The notes beneath the pieces were generated by a model. The model was not told where the DNA came from. It made no database searches and saw only the letters and a list, made by a program, of their open reading frames with translations. The translations under genes and the position numbers were made by a program. A stretch of 64,000 nucleotides of DNA, taken from Octopus vulgaris (lineage: Eukaryota). Location: the NCBI GenBank assembly GCA_951406725.2, contig OX597831.1:17918001-17982000 (forward strand). The letters are read 5' to 3'. This document shows, piece after piece, positions 1 to 13,230 of this stretch. The stretch's first letter is position 1, and each line of letters starts with the position of its first letter.

Positions 1-27
1 TACAGTTATTAAAAAATAACAACCTAC

Positions 28-45
28 ATTCTCTTGTCTACTAGA
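28..45 (-). CDS. Gene A micro-exon 5 (18 nt): SSRQEN if phase 0
   Basis: cttccgttttcttttcag|TCTAGTAGACAAGAGAAT|gtaggt. Same aligned position as the 21-nt micro-exon 34736-34756. Confidence 0.7.
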
Positions 46-304
46 CTGAAAAGAAAACGGAAGTTCATCAATATGAGTGCCACAAAAGTGTATTTAATTT
101 ATCTTTGCATATATATATGTATTAATTAGGATGAAATTAATTTCATATTACAATGATCATTAACAAATATTATTATTATATTTATATGTGATCAGTGATA
201 ATTGACGAGAATAACTAAATTTGCTGTCAGCTGTGTACATAAATAGTTGCAGTTGATTAAATATGATGCTATTAAAATACCACAGCCTGTTAATCCTAAC
301 TTAC

Positions 305-367
305 CGATACGACAAAAAGTGATGCGAAACATAACGCTAGCGAGTTATTTCGAAAATGAAGTTTTAT
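305..367 (-). CDS. Gene A candidate exon 4 (63 nt): IKLHFRNNSLALCFASLFVVS
   Basis: Donor TATCG|gtaag conserved in both paralogs; frame open in both with an in-frame 15-nt indel. The acceptor (tttgaaag) is weak, and a 32-nt version (305-336) is also possible. Confidence 0.35.
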
Positions 368-675
368 CTTTCAAACGTGAGTTGATATGGAAACTAAATT
401 TCAACGAGAGGCAGTCGCTGAGTTATATTTAATAAAACTAGTAAAAGATATTTTTGGATTGAAGTGCTTTCCTCACAATGAAATAAGAGTTACAAATAGT
501 TATCTTACAGCATAGTCTTTGTACATAAGGTCTACACCACATAAACATGAGGCACTCTTTAAGAACATTGAAACGATTTGTGATCCATGTAGCATAATAT
601 ATCTGTAACATCTCCGTCATAATACACTGGCAAATAATTTAATGAAAAATGGTAGAGTTCTTATGACTATAAGTT

Positions 676-966
676 GAGGCGCAATGGCCTAGTGGTTAGG
701 GAAGCTGACTCATGGTCGAAGGATGGCGGTTTCGATTTCCAGACTGGGCGTTGTGTGTGTTCATTGAGCGACAGCCCCTAAAATCTCCACGAGGCTCCGG
801 CAGGGGGTGGTGGCGACCCCTGTTATACTCTTTCGCCACAAATTTCTCTCACTCTCTCTTCCTGTTTCTTGCGCAACGCGCCCTGTCCAGCTGGGGGGAA
901 TATAGACACCACGGAAACCGGGAAACCGGGCCCAGGAGCCTGACTAGGCTTGAAAAGGGCGAAAAA
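676..966 (+). mobile_element. tRNA-derived SINE
   Basis: A-box-like tggcctagtggttagg and B-box-like ggtttcgatttcc; absent from the paralogous site; related fragment at ~16325-16495. Confidence 0.8.
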
Positions 967-1170
967 ACGACTATATATATTTGATGGTTTAACACGATTA
1001 GGGTAAATCTGCTTTGTTTGGCCCTAGTGTCAAAAGATGCGTTTAGTGTATCAAAATATATGTCTGTTGACGATATTTTATTCATAACCACGCCTGTCGT
1101 TGGTAATCGTTCTCTGTATCAAAGTTAACCTTTTATTTCTACCACAACAATGGCATCGATGCAAAACTAA

Positions 1171-1736
1171 TATGTTGTGTTGTCGGGAAAGTTCGTGCCG
1201 ATTAATAATAGCCAAGCTTTCGACTTATTTTAGAATGCGGTTGAGTCCGTAAAATAGGATTTGACTGCCCTCGATTTAGAGCACAGCTTAAGCTATCTTT
1301 TCGTGGAAGAAGGTTTATGTTCCTATAAACTGTGTTAATTCTGTAACCCTTTAAAATGGAAGATAAGAAAGTTCATTTTCGGCACTTGATGCTTTGGAAA
1401 TCAGGCAAAAATTGCTGCAGCTCGCCTGGGATGTGTTACCCCACCCTCCATATTCACCAGATATTGCTCCTTCGGATGTCCACTTATTCAGGTCTCTGCA
1501 GAATAGTCTTAATGGTAAAAATTTCAATTCCTTGGATGGCGTAAACAGATACCTTGATGAATTATTTGCCATGAAACCACCTCAATTCTGGGAAGAGGGC
1601 ATTTTCAAGTTAAACGAAAGATGGAGACGCATTGTGCAACAAAATGGTTCATATATGGTTGATATGTAATGACAAGTATTCATTTACACTTTACTTTCCT
1701 TTAAAAATCGGCACAAATTTTCCGGAGAACCCAATA
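1171..1736 (+). mobile_element. Internally deleted mariner
   Basis: TIRs ttgtcgggaaagttcgtgccgatt / aatcggcacaaattttccggagaacccaata; ORF 1394-1669 has the HPPYSPDIAPSD transposase motif. Confidence 0.92.
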
Positions 1737-1956
1737 TTATGTATTAGTGCTATATTAAGAATAAGCAGCAATATCATTTTAAAGTTTGCGATTGCTGATT
1801 TCCGGAATTGGTCATTATGTTTTGTTTGGCGCGTCCGGAGGTATTTCGTAGACGCCTAATAAATATCAGAGAACAACATATCTTTCCGAAAGAAAGCTTT
1901 TATTTGAGGAATCAGATTGAAAGTAAGACAATATCAAAGAGTGAAACGTAACTTAC

Positions 1957-1978
1957 GTTGTGGCAGGGGTGAGCCACT
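1957..1978 (-). CDS. Gene A micro-exon 3 (22 nt): VAHPCHN
   Basis: ttatttag|AGTGGCTCACCCCTGCCACAAC|gtaagt. Phase 2 to 0 fits exon 2; paralogous micro-exon 35712-35730 keeps AHxC. Confidence 0.75.
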
Positions 1979-2730
1979 CTAAATAATTCGTAACATTCCG
2001 TGTCATCTATACGCGCAGCACAGTGCAGGAAATGTCTGTAACTACTGCAAAACGGAAGACAATTTGGGAAGATCATTTACAAAACGAACATTCAATCTCT
2101 ACACAGAAAATAAAAGATCAGTGTCAGTTCGATGCCAGATATGTTAAACTATTGTTTGTAAGGCGACAAAATATAATTACAAAGAAAAATCATATTTTGA
2201 AAGAGAAAATATATATATTAACATCACCCGTTGTACTGTAAAGAAATGTATTACTTAAAGAGGTTTCGATTAAGAGATATTGAAAATTAGCATACATGAT
2301 CTCAGTAGTAAATGCACGAACTATTTTGCATTTGAATAACAAAGCAGAATTTGGAATTGGGATAGGATTGTGTGACCTGATGGATAACAGCCAGGTACAT
2401 GCTAACAGGTAATCGGAAAGTCCGAATGGAAATTAAAGTATTACTATGGATGGACGTAATGACTTCAAAAATTAAAAGAATCAAAGGGGCGAGGTACTCT
2501 TGGATGACAAAGTTTGAATGGCGATGACTTCACCATCATTTCGATTTACGTCTTTGTTATTTCGTTGTGATCTATGATTTTAGCGTTGTACAGAAGAAAC
2601 GTTTTCCAAAGAGATATTATTTATCTCTCCACAACAGTTTGAAGGTATTCAGTAAGACTGTTAAATAAACAGTGCAAGGATTACCCCGAAGGAAACTGTT
2701 AGTGTAGATCTCCTTTCTATATGCGTCAAT

Positions 2731-2776
<46 letters not shown>

Positions 2777-2780
<4 letters not shown>

Positions 2781-3297
2781 ATAATTAAAAAGGGTAATAA
2801 CATAAGTTATTATTACCAGTGGCCTAGCACAAAAGACGAATTAGTCATTAGACAATATATTTTTCGTATAGAAATATAATAAAGGCTCCCAAATAAGGAA
2901 GCACGTGCTAGAAACACAAAGATGGATAAATTCATCAAAGGAATGAAAATCAAAAGCATTTACCATTATAGATGTATCCCAGACTGATCAGTTTCTACCT
3001 CTTTCTAGCAAAACATACAGAATATGTTTGCCCAGGCAAGATTCGTTAGTGGGTAGCCTTCCAAATCCTAGATGCATAGAGCATTAGAACACGTGTAGCT
3101 CTAACGGTTTGTAAATATTAACTTTCAAAACCTCCGCGCAGACGCAAAACATACCCGGCGGCCGAGAGCATGTCGGTAAAAAATTTTACGAACAAATTTA
3201 TCAATTAATATGTAAACGTAATTAAAAAGGGTAATAACATAAGTTATTATAATCAGTGGCCTAGCACAAAAGTCGAATTAGTCACTAGACAATATAT
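2777..3297. mobile_element. Penelope-like terminal repeat relic
   Basis: ~85-bp direct repeats (2777-2860, 3213-3297), a degenerate hammerhead core on minus, and the same family inverted at ~25620-25925. Confidence 0.6.
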
Positions 3298-3479
3298 TTA
3301 TACATATATATAGTTGTCTAAAGGCAATGGTTTAAACTAATAGCGATGATGTTGAATAATCCTACTTTTTTAGTATTTGAAGATATTTTTATGTAATTTT
3401 AGGAAATATATCCGTTAAAATGAAAGGTATCATTTTCATTTTTGCGAAGATTAGACGAGAATTTATTCACCACACCTTG

Positions 3480-3527
<48 letters not shown>

Positions 3528-3913
3528 CACACACTCACAAACACACACGCACATACACACACACACACACACAGATATAATATATCATATTTTCATTTGT
3601 CTCAGTTATTTGACTGCATCCATGCTGGAGCACCATATTTTTTTAGTCGAAGAAATAAACCCGAGAACTCCCTCTCTGAAAGCATAGTAGTTATTCTGTC
3701 ACTCTTTAGATAAACCGCTTCGTAACGAGACGTACGAACATCAAAAACGATTGCTAAGCGATAGAGGAAGGAACAGCAGAGAAACAAAAAATACATACAC
3801 ATGAATAGGAATATATACTTACATATATGTATATATATTTATATATATATATATATATAGTGAATGGAATAAATGGAGTTGAACGAAGATTGTACAGAAT
3901 ACCTTTTATTACA

Positions 3914-3993
3914 TTCTACACATGTTTCGAAGGCCACAAATTTCCAAATTCTCTTTAAATAAGGGTACCATATTGCGGCTTTCTCTTCAGGAA
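3914..3993 (-). ncRNA. Hammerhead ribozyme motif (inverted copy)
   Basis: Same core; stem III variant catgtg. Confidence 0.65.
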
Positions 3994-5178
3994 AAAACAG
4001 GAATTCCGTTGACAGGACAAAACAAAACAGAGGAACAGCAATTCGAACGAAGATGGTCCTTAGGAGCCCATGGCTGAACTGTTTATCAATGTACGTTGAC
4101 ATCGGGGATTTGGTGCGTTGAAGATATCTACAGGTCAGGCGGCGGTCAGATCTAGTCGGTGGAAGCAAGGGGTGTGGGGATGCTCTGTGTGACCAACACT
4201 AATGTTCTGAAAAATTTAAGTATACTGGGTGTATTTTTGGGGGCGAGACAAAAGCCTCCTATAAGCATGTATGTGTGTGATGGCCTATGTGTGCGTGGTC
4301 GTGTGCTGGCGAGGGGGGCTACAAAATGACCACTGCTGAAAAAACCAGTCAAGCGGCTGAAAGAATTTTTTGGGTTCGTGTGTTCGACTCGGCCTGCTTG
4401 TCAAAATTTAACATCGTCAAATAATCCTAAGGTCATATATAGTTCCACGCCTAATGGGAGTAATTTCCCCTTGCAAGGGTTATTCATAGATTTCTTAAAA
4501 AGCTTTTTCAAAAATTATTTCCAAAGATTATTTTCATTTTAGTAGGGTAACTAGGTGTTAATAGTCTTAGGTATCATTTATATGTAAGATATGTATGACG
4601 CCTCCAATGGGGACATCTAAAAGCCGACTGTAAAAGACCATTTACCAACCGGTCTCTGGCGAACAATATGTGGAAAAGCTCAGAGATACAAAGATTGCAC
4701 CGCCTTCTGCCCCTATCAAATGGGAGGGCCACCGACAAAATCGACCATTTTGATGATGTTAAATTTTGGCGAGCAGGCCGAGTCGAACACTCGAACACAA
4801 ACAATTCTTTCAGCCGCTTGACTGGTTTTTTTCAGCAGTGGTCATTTTGTAGCCCCCCTCGCCAGCACACGACCACGCACACATAGGGCATCACACACAT
4901 ACATGCTTATAGGAGGCTTTTGTCTCGCCCCCAAAAATACACCCAGTATACTTAAATTTTTCAGAACATTAGTGTTGGTCACACAGAGCATCCCCACACC
5001 CCTTGCTTCCACCGACTAGATCTGACCGCCGCCTGACCTGTAGATATCTTCAACGCACCAAATCCCCGATTTCAACGTACATTGATAAACAGTTCAGCCA
5101 TGGGCTCCTAAGGACCATCTTCGTTCGAATTGCTGTGCCTCTGTTTTGTTTTGTCCTGTCAACGGAATTCCTGTTATT

Positions 5179-5258
5179 TTCCTGAAGAGAAAGCCGCAAT
5201 ATGGTACCCTTATTTAAACAGAATTTGGAAATTTGTGGCCTTCGAAACGCGTGTAGAA
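5179..5258 (+). ncRNA. Type I hammerhead ribozyme motif (PLE-associated)
   Basis: ttc-CTGAAGA-gaaagccgcaa...ttgtggccttc-GAAA-cgcgtg-TA-gaa: intact core, paired stem II, near-palindromic stem III. Confidence 0.7.
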
Positions 5259-5466
5259 TGTAATAAAAGGTATTCTGTACAATCTTCGTTCAACTCCATT
5301 TATTCCATTCACTAATAATATTAAACTTCAATTATCCGCTCCAACGCACAGTTGCAACACCAATGGTCTTATCTCCAACCGTGCTGTTTTCCGCTGTGAT
5401 TTTTGCTACCCAGGTATCGGTTAAACCTTTGAATAATCTGTTACAAGAACATTCATCTTTCTATTT

Positions 5467-5582
<116 letters not shown>

Positions 5583-5695
5583 ATATATATATATGTATAT
5601 GTCCATGTGCACATTTACATGCTCATATACACATCTCTATACACACCTACGTATATACATACACACGTATATGCATATATGTACATATTTATAGA

Positions 5696-5734
<39 letters not shown>

Positions 5735-5737
<3 letters not shown>

Positions 5738-6209
5738 TAAATTATAGATAAAATCACTATTAGGCAAATCAAACAGTGAAAAACATAAGCCAATACATAA
5801 AATTAATTAAAAATATAAAAGTTAACTCTTTATCTTTTATTAAACTTTTAATACTTTTGATATATATATATATATATATAAAAATAAAAATAAATAGATA
5901 AATAAACTAATTAATTAATTAATTAATTGATAAAATAATATATAAAAATAAAAATATACATACATATATATATTTGTATATATATATAAAACTTATAAGT
6001 TTAAAGTATTTAAATAATTTTTTATTTTTAACTTTTATATTTTTAAGTAATTTTATGTATTGGCTTATGTTTTTCAGTTTGTTTTGCCTAATAGTGATTA
6101 TTATCTATAATTTAATATAATATAACATAATATATTTATACTATAAAATTGGATTTAATCCTAAATCTCATTTTTCCCTGTAAGTTTGGATTTATTCCCT
6201 AATATTATT

Positions 6210-6210
<1 letters not shown>
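5735..6210. repeat. AT-rich inverted repeat, dispersed family (probably PLE terminal repeat)
   Basis: ~5740-5855 inverted at ~6005-6120; related copies at ~26590-26790 and ~29230-29340. Confidence 0.6.
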
Positions 6211-6267
<57 letters not shown>

Positions 6268-6270
<3 letters not shown>

Positions 6271-9200
6271 CACCTTGATCACGTTGACCGACCAGTCCGT
6301 CAGGCGTCCATTTGACACTGCTGGTCACAGCACGCTGTCCACTCCTCTCCGGAACGCCCCTTTCTCATCCACGTGATCCCAATCGTCCTCCTGAAATCGT
6401 AACTCCACCGTCGTGGAGGCCTTCCGGGTGGTCGATTCCGCTCGCGCGCGTTCAACTAGACAACTACGAGGGTCCACCGATTATCGCTGAGCCGGGCGAC
6501 GTGTCTAGCAAATCTATATTTGCTGCGTGTATACTCTGCGATGACATCTCTCACGGCGGACTTCTTTCTGATGATCTCGCTACTGATGTGCTCTCTCAAC
6601 CAGATACAAAGCATTGAGCTTTCCATGGCTCTTTGAGCCGTTACCAGTCACTGCTCTTCTCTCTTTGTTGTAGCCCATCTTTCACAGCCATATAACATTG
6701 TACGTATAACTGTACTGTTGATGAGGTTGGCGCGGGTGGTCCTGTCCAACCTTCCCTTGAGCACATCCCATATGCCATTAAACCCCTTCTATCCGGCCCT
6801 TACTCTCCGTGAGATCTCCTTTTCGATATCTCGGCACATATTCACTTCCTGTCCCAGGTCCACATATTCCTTTACATCCTCTATTTCATCACGACCGATC
6901 ACCATTCGCTCTGTTGTTACGTTGTCTGACCGCATGAACTTTGCTTTCATGCGGTTCATCTTGAGACCTACTGCAGAGCTTTTGATGTCGAGCTCCGTCA
7001 GCATGGTCTGAAGCTGATCCGTGTTTTCAGCGATGAGTACGATGTCGTCAGCGAAACGGAGATGGGTGAGGAGCTCGCCATTGATGTTGACACCGCCTTG
7101 CCAATCGATGCCTCTGATGATCTGCTCGAGACATGCAGTGAAAAGTTTTGGGGAGATCGTATCTCCTTGCTTCACTCCCTTCTCGACCGGCACTCATACG
7201 GGTGATGACAGCAGATGTATGTCGGTGGTGCATCCGGAATTTGCCTCCCTCTGCAGTTGCACATATTGCGCCCCGACTCCTTGCCTCTGCAGCGAGTTCA
7301 GCACTGCGTTGGTTTCGACGCTGTCGAAGGCCTTCTCATAGTCTACAAACGCAACGCAAAGAGGCAGCTTGTACTCATTCGCTCGCTCGAGCAGTTGTGT
7401 TAGAGTAAATATATGGTCCATCGTGCTGTAGTTTTTTTCCGGAAGCCGGCTTGTTCCGTCGGTTGTTGTTCGTCAAGATGACGTGATAACCTGTTCAGAA
7501 GTATCTTCGTGAACAGCTTGTACACGTGAGACAACAGGCATATCGATCGATAGTTCTTTAGATCTTCTCTATTGCCTTTCTTATATAGCAGGATGGTATT
7601 TGACTCTTTCACTTCCCTCGTCTAGATAGTGCGTAAATCGGTCAGCGAGGATTTTCCAGAGCTGCTCTCAGCCTGACTTTGGCACCTTCGATGTTATACC
7701 GTCTTTCCATGGCGCCTTTCCGTTTTTTCATCTAGCCGATGGCTCTTTCAACCTCACTGACAAGGATAGGTGGCATAATTTCTTCCTGTTGGAGTGGTGG
7801 CAACAGCTGTACATTTCTGGTAGACTTAAAGAGCTTGGTGTAGCAGTTTTTGCAAACATTTTCCATCTCGCTCTTATCGTTGACCGGTATTGCATCTGTA
7901 TTTTTGAGGGCCGTCACCTACGATCTATATAGTACCATGTCCCTCTTACATTTCTTGAGGCTCTTCTTTTCCTCAAAGTCTTTCTTTAGTTGCTGAAGAA
8001 TCACTCTGATGAGAAGGGAATATTCAAGGTGATCTTCAATAGTCCTCTTCATATTTTTCCTCTTCTCGAGTAACTTCGTAGTTTCTTCCGAGATTCTTCC
8101 CTTCTTTTCTCTTGGGCCTACTCCCTTAGCCTTCCTTAAACACTCCTTCAGTTTCCCTATCAGTGAGTTGTAGTCATCGTCTATGTCGTCTCCTTGGATC
8201 CAGTCTTCCTGCATGATGGCTTCCTGCAGCTTTGCCTCGTTGTTGACTCGGATACGATTTCCTTTCGACGCCAAAATACAGCGCCATCTACTCCCTCTTC
8301 CTGTCAATGAGACCCTCGCCCTCACCAGACGATGATCACTGCCGGTGTTAAATGGCGTCACGACGGAGACGTCATGTAACATGCGTCGCTTATCAACCAG
8401 GATAAAGTCGATCTCGCTTCGGTGCTTAGAGTTCGGCAATATCCAGGTCCATCTCTTACTCTCCCTCTTCCTGAAGGGGCTGTTTCCTATGTAGAGCTGC
8501 CTCGCTTCTGCCATGGTAGCCAAAGTTCTCTTCCCTCGTTTCTCTCTCTCATGCCGAATCTCCCGACATACTCCTCCCCTTGTCGTCTATGTCCAACCTT
8601 TGCGTTGATGTCTCCTATCACGACTGTATAAGTGGACTTCACAGCCAGCGCTTTGTCTAGTTATCGATAGAATTCTTCCACCTCGTCATCGTCGCTGGCA
8701 CTTGTGGTAGCATAGGTCTGGATAATCCTGAGGCTGGCCTTCCCTGAGAGGTTCACATTCATTACACCAATCCTATTTCTTTACTACCCACAAGGGGCTA
8801 AACATGGAGGGGACAAACAAGGACAGCCATAGGTATTAAGTCGATTACATCGACCCCAGTACGTAACTGGTACTTAATTTATCGACCCCCGAAAGGATGA
8901 AAGGCAAAGTCGACCTTGGCGGAATTTGAACTCACAACGTAACGTAGATGAAATACCGCTAAGCATTTCGCCCTGCGTGCTAGCGTTTCTGCCAGCTCGC
9001 CGCCTTATTACACCAATCCGTGAAGATATGAACTGGCAAGAAGTGACCCTCGAAGCCTATTCCTTACTTACGATAAATCCGATACCTCCGACCGATCTAG
9101 CACCTTCTGCTCTTCCTAATCTCACAGTGCATCCATCTTGCCATCGTACACTCGCTTCCTTCTTCCAGCGTGTCTCGCACAGCCCTAACACGTCGCACCT

Positions 9201-9676
9201 GATGTTCTTCCTCTCCTCCATTAGGTGGTTCAGTTCTTGCCACCCTGCCAAGGACCTGCAGTTGTAGGTGCATATGGCAAGATTAGTCCTGTTCCATGAC
9301 GGCCCTCGGGAACCTGTGATTCTTAGTAGCCTCTCGTCGCACGAGTTTCACTCCGCCGTCATGAAGTGGCACTATTCTCGAGCAGGATACTTAGGCCCTT
9401 TTCCTTTTCTCTTCGTTCTTTCTTCGTGCTGTTTTACCCATAAGATGACGCCATCCCACTGGCTGGGCGGGCAGGCCAGCATTTTGATGGATGGCCGTTG
9501 ACTGTTCAGGAGTTCATCCGCCCTTTGTTGGGGGTTATTTTTCATCCCACAGGGTGTCTAACAGCAACCTCCTCACCAAGCGAGCCTGGTGGGGTTGTCA
9601 GTTTAGTCGCCGACGTCCCGATCATGCAACATGTTGTACTGGATTCCATGTTACCAGTAGCGCTCTAGAGCCACCT
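6268..9676 (-). mobile_element. Near full-length RTE-clade LINE, frameshifted
   Basis: APE endonuclease pieces (VLGLCETRW, SEIDFILVD, GSDHRLV) and RT motifs (FVDYEKAFDSVE, KGVKQGDTISPKLF, LRFADDIVL). Confidence 0.95.
8774..9006 (-). mobile_element. SINE nested in the RTE
   Basis: 13-bp TSD attacaccaatcc (8761-8773 / 9007-9019); same family at 22184-22414 and 38515-38905. Confidence 0.92.
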
Positions 9677-9701
9677 GATATAATATATACATATATATAT
9701 G

Positions 9702-9850
<149 letters not shown>

Positions 9851-10338
9851 GCCTACCAAACAACACACCTACAACCGCAGATATACAACCGTATTGCATA
9901 CACATACGTATAAAGGAAGGAAACATGTGCATGACACTGGCCCTTATGCGCCGGATACAGTTGTACACTCATATACATACATACATACATGCGTGCGCAT
10001 ATATACACACGCACACACATACACATTTAATATATACATATATAACAATAAAAAACATGTTAAGAAGAATGCAAAACTTGTACAGGGAAATAATATAAAT
10101 GTAGGTGGTATCCGTGACAATTATTTTGTCATAGATGGGCATGATCCAAAATGTTCTGTTCTTTACGTCCATAAATTTGCCTTTAGTTTGTGACATAGGT
10201 AATAAGCCATACTATGGATGGGTGTTGTGTGTTAGTGAGATATATATATATATAGGTATATACTTCTTGAAATGATTGCTTTGTATTTGTTTGCTATAAT
10301 ACAAGTGATATTTAGTGTAGGACTTATAAGATAAATAC

Positions 10339-10444
10339 CCGCAGTCATTTTCCTTATTCAGATAAGGTGTAAGTTCCACAGAGCAATTGGGTTTTGCTTT
10401 ATCCTTGCAAGTTTTCCAAATACTCACGTTCTTGGCTTCTCCAC
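10339..10444 (-). CDS. Gene A exon 2 (106 nt): (G)GEAKNVSIWKTCKDKAKPNCSVELTPYLNKENDC(G)
   Basis: Acceptor ttttatttcaatttttag|, donor GG|gtattt, phase 1 to 2. Same length and W/C/C/YL/C pattern as 55029-55134. Confidence 0.85.
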
Positions 10445-10577
10445 CTAAAAATTGAAATAAAAATCTTATTTTATATTCAATTGAACATTTCCACATCCAT
10501 AGTGTGAATAGATATTACAGAATACATTTCATGTATTTAACCATTATACACACAAAGAAAGCTGCAAGATTATATCG

Positions 10578-10918
10578 TATTGGGTTGTTTGGAAATTTCG
10601 TGCCAATTTATAGTGACTTACCTTTCGACTAATTTTAGAACATGGTGGAGCTCATAAAATAGGATTTGACTACACCTTCATCTAGGGCACAGTTTAAGAT
10701 ACCTTTTCGTAGAAGAAGATTTTATGTTCATTGATGAATTCTTTGCCATGAAACCACCTCAGTTCTGAGAAGAGGGTATTTTCAAATTAAAGCGAAGATG
10801 GATAGGCTTGTACAAAAAAAATGGTTCATATTTGGTTGATTAAAAATGTAATGGCAAGTATTTATTGACTTCTTTCTTTCCTTTAAAGTTCGGCACGAAC
10901 TTTCCGGACAACCCAATA
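10578..10918 (+). mobile_element. Mariner-derived MITE, same family as 1171-1736
   Basis: TIRs tattgggttgtttggaaatttcgtgcc / ggcacgaactttccggacaacccaata; shared internal sequence. Confidence 0.88.
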
Positions 10919-11789
10919 AAAACTGAGAATGTGTAATAATATTTCTGTATAAATTTGGGGTGAAGCTGTTGAAGTAGACGTTTGTGACATAGTTGCTTTC
11001 TATTGTGTTATCTTGATTTCTCGAAGATTGAATTCACATTCTCCATGCTCGTTCAAGTATCTCGTACAGTATTGAAAACGGCTTAATTCAGCAACACATA
11101 CCTAATATCATAACAAATAAACAGTCTCCATTATGAATGACTTTCGCCATGGCACTGAAATAGTTAGATAGATTTTTCTTTTAAGCATCAACGGGAATTT
11201 TCTTTATTATTGTTTGTTTTTGGCTGGCAAAACAGAATCTAACAATCGCATCGTCAGACTTTATAGCTAAGGATTTTGCCAAGTGTCACGTAAATATTTT
11301 AGTGTTTTGTGTTTTATTCTTTCAGGATAATATTCGTAAGAATTTACGTTTATATATTTGTTTTGCAAGGTTTTTGATGTGAAATCGTGTGTTGAAACAG
11401 ATACTGTTGTATTTAGAGATGCACATGTTGCCAGTTTAGTCAATAGAAACACACGCACTATATATTTGGTGTTAATTTGATTCATCTTTATTTTATTAAT
11501 CTTAATCTTATTTCGGCCACAGTTCTTTCATCACACTCCTGTGACCGTATCAGTGGTTCTTTCCTTTCGTCTTCCTTATTTGTGTATCTCTCCTTACTAA
11601 CGATCAGCCATTTTATATGTTGTATTCCTATTGTATGTGTCTTTATTTGCGCATGCATGTCTATGATTAGTAAATGCGTGTGAGGGGGGGGTGCCTGTAC
11701 TATTTGTATCCACTGTTTATACACGGTCGTGTAATTATGGTAAATTGAAGCTTGCACCATTGGTCAAGACTACCTGTCCAATTAATTTT

Positions 11790-13230
11790 CGTCCAGTATC
11801 ATAATTTTTTCGACATAACATTTGGCCCAGCAATACATCAATCGCAACCTTCTTGCCACATTTGGAATCCGGCTTCGAAATTGTGTACCTCAAATAAATA
11901 GATTTTGACCCTAGATCTCGATAACAGTATTAAATGAGTACGTTTGAACTGCTTTTTCAGCAAGAGGAAAATATGGAAGCCCGAAGGTGCAAAATCTGGA
12001 GAATGAGGCAGGTGCAGAAGGGAAACCCTCCTGTTGTTGGCAAGAGAGCAACAAGCGAGGAGAGCTCAGTGGCAGGATGTAATATGGTCGGGAAGAGACC
12101 AACTTTTACTCTCCAGAGATCCGTTCGGTTTCACCGAAAGTTCTTCCTCAAATGATTTAGAACGTCGCCGTAAAACTCTCGATTGATGGTCTGTTTGTAG
12201 AGAATGCATTCTCGATATACAATACTGCAGATGTCATGAAAAAGCAAAATATGAGCTTGCTATTAATTGAGATGAAGTATTGTTGTGGCTTCTTCGCTCG
12301 TGGAGATTAAGGGTTCTTATATTGTGATGACTGTAACTTTGTATCAGAACGATAACCGTCGATCAAATTCTCGTTACACGTAGTGATCTGCGACATGAAG
12401 GACAGTTCATGAGCGGCAGGCTGACAGAGAACTTCACAAGCATTAATGCGATGTTCTTTCTGCTCAGCAGTCACCAGTGTCGGTGGTGGGGGGTCAAATT
12501 TGGCAGAAACACGCATGTTCAATTCAGACATAAGGATTGCTTACATGGATCTATACAATAGACCAGCAACATCAGAATTATCTTTGACTATTCTCTGACG
12601 ATTCTCATGTACAAGCCAATGATCTTTTCCACATTGCTGGGGGTGACACTCGTGGTAGGTCCTCCAGAATGCTCATCGTTTTCCTGGGACTTTCTGCTGC
12701 TTTTGAAGCGCCCATGCCACATGGAACATTGCATAGGAACCATCAATTCGTCAAGGAAAACATACTCAATGTCTTTGTAGCAGACCTCCCAAGTTAAACA
12801 AACATTTTTTTGTTGGCCCCTTTTCTCAATCCTGTTCCTAAAAAAAGTCTCAGACAACAACATACACGTGACCACAAAAACATAAATTTCAATTATGAAG
12901 TAAACACAGCGAAGCCATGCAACACACTGTGTCATGAAGGTCAATACGAGCTATCAATGCGACGCAACCATGTACTTCCATCTCTTTAGGTACTTGAGAG
13001 CTAAACCGGGAACTATTTTCTACCGCTTTTGGAGTTTTCCCTAAGCGAGTTTTCGACGTTGTGCAATTCGCTACTGATCTCGACAGCAGTGTCAAAACAG
13101 TGACCTTTGAACTGCTTTTACATTTGCGGGAGGAGATAGATATCTACAGGCGCAAAATCTGGTGAATAGAACGGGTGCGAAAGTGGTATTCGGTAGCAAA
13201 TTGAATCGCTGTTTCTAATTATCATAGCAT
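11790..13230 (-). mobile_element. Degraded mariner fragments
   Basis: Transposase-like pieces (WHGRFKSSRKSQENDEHSGGPTTS; ELNMRVSAKF..TAEQKEHRINAC). Confidence 0.7.

Larger units (their letters stand above)
1..2130. repeat. Tandem segmental duplication, copy A block (pairs with 34710-35880)
   Basis: Collinear similarity, e.g. 187-311 vs 34878-35002 ungapped with 28 mismatches in 125 nt. Further paired blocks: 10.1-11.2k/54.8-55.6k, 20.0-20.3k/56.2-56.4k, 22.45-23.45k/60.2-61.2k. Confidence 0.92.
3859..5313. mobile_element. Penelope-like element with ~560-bp inverted terminal repeats
   Basis: 3859-4420 is a near-perfect reverse complement of 4749-5313; the minus-strand spacer encodes KWSIL...RRCNLC...RCPH, resembling a PLE GIY-YIG C-terminus. 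Confidence 0.85.

Noticed and set aside
247-432. Plus-strand ORF partly shared with copy B
   Set aside because: Antisense shadow of the duplicated region; all conserved splice signals are on the minus strand.
676-760. tRNA-like A/B boxes at SINE heads
   Set aside because: No full cloverleaf, and each continues into a SINE body; not tRNA genes.
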